From assembly GCA_963810275.1 (NCBI GenBank), contig CAWENF010000008.1, forward strand, positions 1-12,181: 12,181 bases of DNA, given 5' to 3'. Made by a program: the position numbers and the translations under genes. The notes beneath the pieces were generated by a model. The model did not search any database and was not told the DNA's origin. It saw only the letters and a list, made by a program, of their open reading frames with translations. This document shows positions 6,696-12,181 of this stretch, piece by piece; position 1 is the stretch's first letter; the number at the start of each line of letters is the position of its first letter. This stretch comes from an uncultured archaeon (GTDB lineage: Archaea; Thermoproteota; Bathyarchaeia; Bathyarchaeales; Bathycorpusculaceae).

Positions 6696-7985
6696 ATGGA
6701 AAACGCAGCCGACATAGCATGGCTTCTCATGTCAACCGCCCTGGTGATGCTTATGACCCCAGCGTTGGCGTTCTTCTACGGTGGCCTGGTTCGTAGAAAA
6801 AATCTCGTATCCACTCTTGTGCAGTGCATAATAATCTTTGCTGTTGTCAGTTTAGTCTGGTTTTTCTGGGGTTACAGCCTCGTATTTAGCGATAGTATCG
6901 GCGGGTTAATCGGAAACCTCTCCCTTGTGGGTTTAAACAACCTATCGATAAACCACATAAACGCAGTCTATGCCCCAGCAATCCCAGAAGTACTTTTCTT
7001 TGCGTTCCAGCTGAAGTTTGCCGCTATCACTCCGGCGTTAATCATTGGTGCATGTGCTGAGCGCATCCGCTTCAAATCTCTGCTTATCTTTGTTGTTTTG
7101 TGGTCCACGCTTATCTACTCACCCATTGCACACTGGGTCTGGAACGCTGATGGTTGGCTACATGTTTTGGGCGCTTACGACTTCGCAGGAGGCATAGTAG
7201 TGCATGTGGCTGCAGGCGTATCAGCGTTGGCGGCTGCACTAATCGTAGGGCGGCGTCAAGGCTGCGTTTACTGGAAAGATCAACTCAAATCCTTAAACAA
7301 ACAATCAGAAATCTCCATGCCGCCAATGGGCACTGAGTTCAAACCCACTAACATACCCTACGTCATTTTAGGCGCTGGACTACTTTGGTTTGGGTGGTTT
7401 GGCTTTAACGGCGGTTCAGCTTTGGCGGCAGACAACATTGCGGTTTCAGCGGTTATCGCCACAAACTTAGCTGCTGCAGCTGCAGCTGTTAGCTGGATGC
7501 TGCTGGATTGGGTACTAAAAGGCAAGCCATCTGCAATAGGCATAGCGGTGGGTGCTGTTTGTGGCATGGCAGCCGTTACTGCTGCAGCGGGCTACGTGAA
7601 CTTTATGGCGGCAGTCATAATCGGCTTAGCGGCGGGTATAATCTCGAATTTGATTGCTAACTGGCGTGCAGGACGCTCGAGGATCGATGATACTCTTGAT
7701 GTTTTTGCCTGCCATGGCGTGGGCGGCATAATCGGTGCAGTGGCAGTTGGTTTGTTTGCTACTGCCGCAGTTAACCCTGCAGTGTCTGGATTATTTGATG
7801 GCAACCCTGCACAACTTGGCATTCAAGCTTTAGCCGTTATGGTGGTTGCAGCTTTCGCTTTTGCAGGTTCTTATTTGCTACTACGGCTGGTGAATGTGTT
7901 TTCCCCATTACGTGTAACTCCAAAAGAGGAAGATGAGGGACTGGATTTGAGCCAGCACGGCGAAGAAGCCTACCACTTAACCTAG
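6696..7985 (+). CDS. amtB: Ammonium transporter, AmtB-type (copy 2, tandem paralog)
   Basis: Same motif set as copy 1 (MTPALAFFYGG, DFAGGIVVH, GWFGFNGGS, DDTLDVFACHG, GLDLSQHGEEAY). Shares long identical stretches with copy 1, e.g. FFAFQLKFAAITPALIIGACAERIRFKSLLIF. AGGGG RBS. Confidence 0.97.
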   Translation: MENAADIAWLLMSTALVMLMTPALAFFYGGLVRRKNLVSTLVQCIIIFAVVSLVWFFWGYSLVFSDSIGGLIGNLSLVGLNNLSINHINAVYAPAIPEVLFFAFQLKFAAITPALIIGACAERIRFKSLLIFVVLWSTLIYSPIAHWVWNADGWLHVLGAYDFAGGIVVHVAAGVSALAAALIVGRRQGCVYWKDQLKSLNKQSEISMPPMGTEFKPTNIPYVILGAGLLWFGWFGFNGGSALAADNIAVSAVIATNLAAAAAAVSWMLLDWVLKGKPSAIGIAVGAVCGMAAVTAAAGYVNFMAAVIIGLAAGIISNLIANWRAGRSRIDDTLDVFACHGVGGIIGAVAVGLFATAAVNPAVSGLFDGNPAQLGIQALAVMVVAAFAFAGSYLLLRLVNVFSPLRVTPKEEDEGLDLSQHGEEAYHLT

Positions 7986-8057
7986 AATCAGAGTAGTTGT
8001 AGCTCTACCACATAAATCCCTTCTATTATAAATAATGGGCCACCTACTAATTAGCGC

Positions 8058-8079
8058 AATAAAAAAAGAGCACAAAAAA
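8058..8079 (-). terminator. T-tract terminator of the CBS-HPF gene, convergent with amtB-2
   Basis: The minus strand reads TTTTTTGTGCTCTTTTTTTATT just after the TAA stop at 8084. Confidence 0.5.
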
Positions 8080-8083
8080 GCGC

Positions 8084-9265
8084 TTAACTTATTCCTTCTT
8101 CAGGTACCATTTTACGCAGGTAATCCCTAGCATACTTAGGATTATAAGCCAACAACTCTTTACTCCTATCTAACCTACGCTCTAAACGGTCCAAAGCAAC
8201 TTTGAAAGTGGGCTCAACGCCCCAGCCTTCACTGGAACTAAAGAAGCTGCCCTTCACAGTTCTAAACTGCAGTCTGCAGTGCACCATCGGAGTACCGCGC
8301 ATGTTAGTGTTACGGTGGGTTTTAATGTAAATAAACAGAGATCCCTGTTGGAAAGCCTCTTTGAAACGATGCGTAAAGGAATCAAATTCTGCCATCATAA
8401 ACTGCTGTTGCTCAGGGTTAATTTCGATGTCTTTTACACCGAACTGCACGGAAAAGTGACGCTCTGGAGTCTCCATCTCGCTAATGGGTTCCAAGAAGTC
8501 TAGTTTAGTAACAACGCCGACAAGATTTTCGCCCTCCACAACACAGAGGCAGGAAATGTCATGTTTATGCATTAGTTTTTCACATTCAAGCAGGGACATA
8601 CCTGGATTCACCGTGATTACTGGTTGGCTCATTATTCCTTTAGCAGCTACACCTAACGTGTCAATTTGCTCGCCTGCAACATCTTGGTTGCCCATGCGCT
8701 TTGGCGGGAAATACAGGTTCGATAGTATGTCTTGGATGCTAATTAAACCGACAAGTTTGCCATTTTTCATGATTGGCAGGTGGCTGATTCCGTGCTCACG
8801 CATCAATCCAAGTACTGCGCCGACGCTACGGTTTGAATCCATAGTTTGCGGAGCACGAGTCATTATCTGCGATACGAGGTTATTTCCCCATGCGCCGCCT
8901 ACAACTGCGTGGATAACTGCTTCATCAGTCACAAAACCAACAATTTTACCTTTATCAAGAACAGGAAGCTGCCGTACACCGCTACCAATCATCAATTTAG
9001 CAACGCGGCTAATAGAGTCGCCCAAATCAACTTCTGGTGCAACATTCATTACGGTTTTTACCTTTATTCTGCTTAAATCCACACGGGTTCTAAGAATTGA
9101 GCGGCGACTAACCATCCCTACGTAATTATCGTGGTCGTCAAGTACTGCCAGCACAGGCGGCATTCCTTTTTTAAATCCCTCAAGACATCTTGAGGCTGCT
9201 TCGTTTTCTAATACGGTGTTGAATTGCTGGGAATAGATCTCTTTAACAGTTGTAGATAACGCCAT
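8084..9265 (-). CDS. Four-CBS-domain protein with C-terminal HPF/RaiA-like domain; probable archaeal ribosome hibernation factor (Hib-type)
   Basis: Two CBS pairs (VLDDHDNYVGMVS; RQLPVLDKGKIVGFVT; SHLPIMKNGKLVGLIS; SCLCVVEGENLVGVVTKLD). The ~95-aa C-terminal domain has a beta-alpha-beta-beta-beta-alpha pattern ending EGWGVEPTFKVALDRLERRL, compared with HPF 'DLYxAIDxAxDKLERQL'. ATG 9265 is preferred over TTG 9277. Confidence 0.85.
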   Translation of the reverse strand: MALSTTVKEIYSQQFNTVLENEAASRCLEGFKKGMPPVLAVLDDHDNYVGMVSRRSILRTRVDLSRIKVKTVMNVAPEVDLGDSISRVAKLMIGSGVRQLPVLDKGKIVGFVTDEAVIHAVVGGAWGNNLVSQIMTRAPQTMDSNRSVGAVLGLMREHGISHLPIMKNGKLVGLISIQDILSNLYFPPKRMGNQDVAGEQIDTLGVAAKGIMSQPVITVNPGMSLLECEKLMHKHDISCLCVVEGENLVGVVTKLDFLEPISEMETPERHFSVQFGVKDIEINPEQQQFMMAEFDSFTHRFKEAFQQGSLFIYIKTHRNTNMRGTPMVHCRLQFRTVKGSFFSSSEGWGVEPTFKVALDRLERRLDRSKELLAYNPKYARDYLRKMVPEEGIS

Positions 9266-9600
9266 AAAATATCCCAAAAAAGTATGCGCACAGGTGGATT
9301 TAAACGTTAAACGCCCAAACCTAAAAAGGAAATTCGTCTAAATGTTTATTAATCCACAATAAATACCCCTGGATTGAATCCCAATAATTAAATGGCTACG
9401 GTTAAATTCGCTTTTTTTTATAAAAAAGCTGTTTTTGTCTGTGTCAAATAAACCGGATATCCAGAAAAAAACCGAAAAAAATATGGAAGTACCCGCTCGA
9501 TGTTAATTAAAAATAGAACAATTGATCCTCACACTTTTAAATAACTCCAAAAACTTAACTAATTGATGAGTTCTAAATCTTAACTTGTTTTAAGAGGAAT

Positions 9601-9829
9601 TTGAACCTAACCCCTCAAGGAGCAGATTTCAAAGCTTCCGGCAGTATCTATTACAGCTTCTTCAATGAACATAAGCCCAAAAGCGCCAGCATAATGGGGT
9701 GCCCATTGGTTTCGGCTGTTGCGTCTGCACTGGCTAAATCTTCGGGTAAAACTGGGGTTCTTGGTGAAATGAAGACGTTTGCTCAGAGCACGGTTTCTGT
9801 TAAACTTCATTTTTGTGTAGGTGAATTAT
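9601..9829 (+). pseudogene. 3' remnant of an archaeal hypothetical gene (GCPLxSAxAxALAK, V4R-like C-terminal domain)
   Basis: GSIY...IMGCPLVSAVASALAKSSGK resembles the C-terminus of longer archaeal proteins (recalled, not searched). The upstream frame is closed by TAAs at 9556 and 9574, so no N-terminal part is present. Confidence 0.5.
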
Positions 9830-10035
9830 GTGAATTTTCCCTTTCAGTTTCTGATATCGGTCTTTGGCTTGCTATCACCGCCATTATTCTCTTAGTTGCC
9901 TCTGAGTTGCTATATGCTTCACCTAACCTTGCATCTCGAATTCCAATGGATAAGCGTCTACTTCGTTTACTGGCAGTTGGCTGCGGTTTAGGTTTCCTTG
10001 TAATGGTGATTATGCGGGCAATGGGGTTGAGTTAA
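9830..10035 (+). CDS. Small two-TM membrane protein, apparently frameshifted in its first codons and read as a fusion in ORF 9601..10035
   Basis: GGTGA RBS (9820-9824), then GTG AAT TTT CCC (MNFP). One extra base in the T/C run at 9835-9841 gives MNFPLSVSDIGLWLAITAIILLVASELL...KRLLRLLAVGCGLGFLVMVIMRAMGLS. Confidence 0.55.
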
Positions 10036-10191
10036 AAGCAGTTTGTTTTCTTGCTACCAAGAGAGTTTGTGCACGTTAGTTTATTCCAGTTAACCAAAAT
10101 GGTTGGCGGCTAGCGTTCACCTAAAATACCTGCTAAACCTATTCTTAAAAAGTTGTACAAAATAAATCAAAGTTAACTGGAAAACTCTGCT

Positions 10192-10881
10192 TTGTTTGCT
10201 GTTGGTCATATGTCAATCGCCTATCTTCTAGGCAAGGGCTCTTCAAAAGCTCTACATACAAACATAAACATACCTACGCTGCTGGTTCTCTCAATTCTAC
10301 CTGACGTAGATATCATCTATGATTTCTTAACAGGTGTAGAAATCCACCGTGGTCCAACCCACTCCATCGTGTTTGCGCTACTTGTTTTTATCCCGTTTTT
10401 CATAGTTTACCGAAAAAAAGCTGTGCCCTACTTTTTAGCTTTGATTTCACACGCCTTCATCGGAGACTTCATAGTGGGCGGACAACTTGAGCTGCTGTGG
10501 CCTTTTACCACTCAGCAGTTTGGACTCTACGAGTTAGGTGGGCCATTTATTGACATTTTTAATAATGTAAATATTGTTTTGGAGATACTTCTTTTTCTGT
10601 GCGCCATGGTAGTCATGTATAAAACGAGTGATTGGAAAGTCTTCTTTAGAGCTGACCTGACAAATCTTGTACTCATAATCCCCATAATCACCGTGCTTTT
10701 GCCCAGCACTGTCGGATACCCCTTTAGTGAATCTTTGCTCTTCACCGAGCCAACGTTAGCGATTGCTCACATTGTCTTTCTTGTACTTTTCAGTGTAGCT
10801 GTTCTTAAAACGCTTCGGTGCCTCTTCAGAAAATGGTTTTTCACACACTCAACGCGCAATCCCACAAGGCGGACAGCCTAA
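10192..10881 (+). CDS. Membrane-bound metal-dependent hydrolase (YdjM-like)
   Basis: Signature motifs GH near the N-terminus, SILPDVD, HRGPTHS, SHAFIGD and LLWP, with several TM segments. TTG start. Confidence 0.9.
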   Translation: MFAVGHMSIAYLLGKGSSKALHTNINIPTLLVLSILPDVDIIYDFLTGVEIHRGPTHSIVFALLVFIPFFIVYRKKAVPYFLALISHAFIGDFIVGGQLELLWPFTTQQFGLYELGGPFIDIFNNVNIVLEILLFLCAMVVMYKTSDWKVFFRADLTNLVLIIPIITVLLPSTVGYPFSESLLFTEPTLAIAHIVFLVLFSVAVLKTLRCLFRKWFFTHSTRNPTRRTA

Positions 10882-10913
10882 AATTACAAATGTCCTTTCA
10901 GGATTCCATTGTT

Positions 10914-11275
10914 ATTAAAAGATTAGAAGTTATCGTTCCCTACTCAAACAGCACGGTTGAAAAAGAATTCTCAGAAACAATACAAGGCTCAGAGATGACA
11001 ATTCATTATTCAAAAGCACACTTGAAAAGGGTTATCGAGAAAGGATTCCAAGAAATGAAAAACGGTCTTAATGAAGCAGCGGAGTTGCTTTCTGACGCTG
11101 CGGTAGATGCGGTGTTGTTTGCTTTCATGAACCTTCAAATCTTCCCCGTTTTGGATCAACCTGAGGAGTTGGGCAAGGCAGAGGTGAGTAGTACTTTAAC
11201 GTCACTTTGTTTTGCTCAATAAACCCTCAAAGTTAAGCCGGCGGTTTGTTTGGTTATAGATTGTTTAAACTTTAT
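10914..11275 (+). pseudogene. Maleate cis-trans isomerase / Asp-Glu racemase family pseudogene with internal deletion
   Basis: KRLEVIVPYSNSTVEKEF (cf. RIGLIVPSSNTTVEPEF) and EAAELLSDAAVDAVLFA are joined directly to FMNLQIFPVLDQPEELGKAEVSS (cf. C-terminal CTNLRT..IE.LE..LGKPVVSSN). No Cys at the catalytic position. Stop at 11220-11222, then a frameshifted GYRLF tail. Confidence 0.75.
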
Positions 11276-12114
11276 TTTTCGCTCCTTTTGGAATTGTGCC
11301 AAGAAAAGTTGGATGAAAGAAACAGGATCAGGTCTGAGCCTTATTGCTTAACGCAGCCCACTTGAACCCTGCTTTTGCCGCTTCAGGTTATTTCACTGCT
11401 TTTAATCTTCAGCTTTAGGTCTAAGTGTTTCAGCATTAGGCAATGGTTCAGCCCACTAAGGCAAAGTCTTTGTTACACGCCAGTTTTTCGCTGCTTTAAC
11501 TGAAATGCTTCTGCGCCTTAGTGCATTGCTTCTAAAGCTTACTCCCTGTCCTGCAATAAATTTTGTAGTTCAATGTAAACTATATTTTCTGACACAATCG
11601 ATACAAAATTATGGCTTTTTGCGCTATTTGAGACAAACTGCCAAGTCACAAAAAGACCAACAAAACAGCCAGCTTTGGCTAGCCAAGAACTGCTGTACCT
11701 GGTTAAGATCTCTACAAAAAGGAGCATATTTAGGTGGATGTGGCTGTTGTTTTGGCAGGATTTTGTTGTATTCACGTCAAAGAGCTGCGGGGCAGTTTAC
11801 AGCTTAGACTCATGTTTTCTTATGCATTGACTGCTTTGTGAACTATGCTACAGCAGAACTACATTGCACTTTGTTCAATTACTATTCTCTCTTGTGCAAA
11901 AAAAGCACACTCAAAGTTGCCACGTTATATAACTACGTTTCCATGCAGCTTGAGTGAGAAACGCGCCAGCAACACTCCGTCAGAATCATGAAAATCACCT
12001 GTCCAAAAAGTCCAGTTTAGTTGCCTTATGATTTCTAACCTCCGCCAAATGCACATAGAGAAAATAGAAATTAGCGCAGAAAAACAAAAATATCAGGCAA
12101 GAGTTTTGGATAAC

Positions 12115-12161
12115 AAAAAAAGTGGAAAGTAAACGGTGTCACGGCACCAATATTTTTCCAC
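12115..12161 (-). terminator. Stem-loop plus T7 tract, possibly ending a gene beyond the right edge
   Basis: The minus strand reads GTGGAAAAATATT-GGTGCCGTGACACC-GTTTACTTTCCAC followed by TTTTTTT. The outer stem is GTGGAAA/TTTCCAC. Confidence 0.4.
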
Positions 12162-12181
12162 ATGCTTAACGAGAGCGGTGA

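Noticed and set aside
8279-9125. + strand ORFs of 74, 213 and 76 aa
   Set aside because: Antisense shadows of the CBS-HPF gene; the short antisense and alternative-frame ORFs inside the amt and permease genes were rejected for the same reason.
11505-11807. Opposing 100-aa and 78-aa ORFs
   Set aside because: No RBS or motif and implausible composition; treated as part of the decayed region.
1-12181. CRISPR array, tRNA/rRNA, IS or integrase
   Set aside because: No regularly spaced repeats, cloverleaf, terminal inverted repeats or transposase-like ORF seen; the only long repeats are the amtB paralogs and the promoter duplications.

Overview
Archaeal DNA: GGTG/GAGG ribosome-binding sites, TTTAWATA boxes and T-tract terminators. 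The gene style suggests Bathyarchaeia, which is my inference. The core is a + strand nitrogen-uptake cluster: an Lrp/AsnC regulator, a divergent Amt1-type ammonium transporter, an ArsB/NhaD-superfamily permease that probably starts at a CTG codon, a 99-aa two-TM protein, and two tandem-duplicated AmtB-type transporters. No glnK/PII gene and no NrpR box are visible in the window. Two unfamiliar palindromic operator candidates are visible instead: GTTATGA-N5-TCATAAC, shared by the amt1 and permease promoters, and TAGAC-N4-GTCTA, shared by the amtB-type pair. Both AmtB-type proteins carry a long Cys/Trp-containing insertion in the cytoplasmic M5-M6 loop. Converging on the cluster is a 4xCBS + HPF/RaiA-like fusion, a probable archaeal ribosome hibernation factor. 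The left edge holds a truncated glycoside-hydrolase-like gene missing from the ORF track. The right third holds a YdjM-type membrane hydrolase among decaying genes: a probable frameshift fusion and an internally deleted maleate isomerase remnant.
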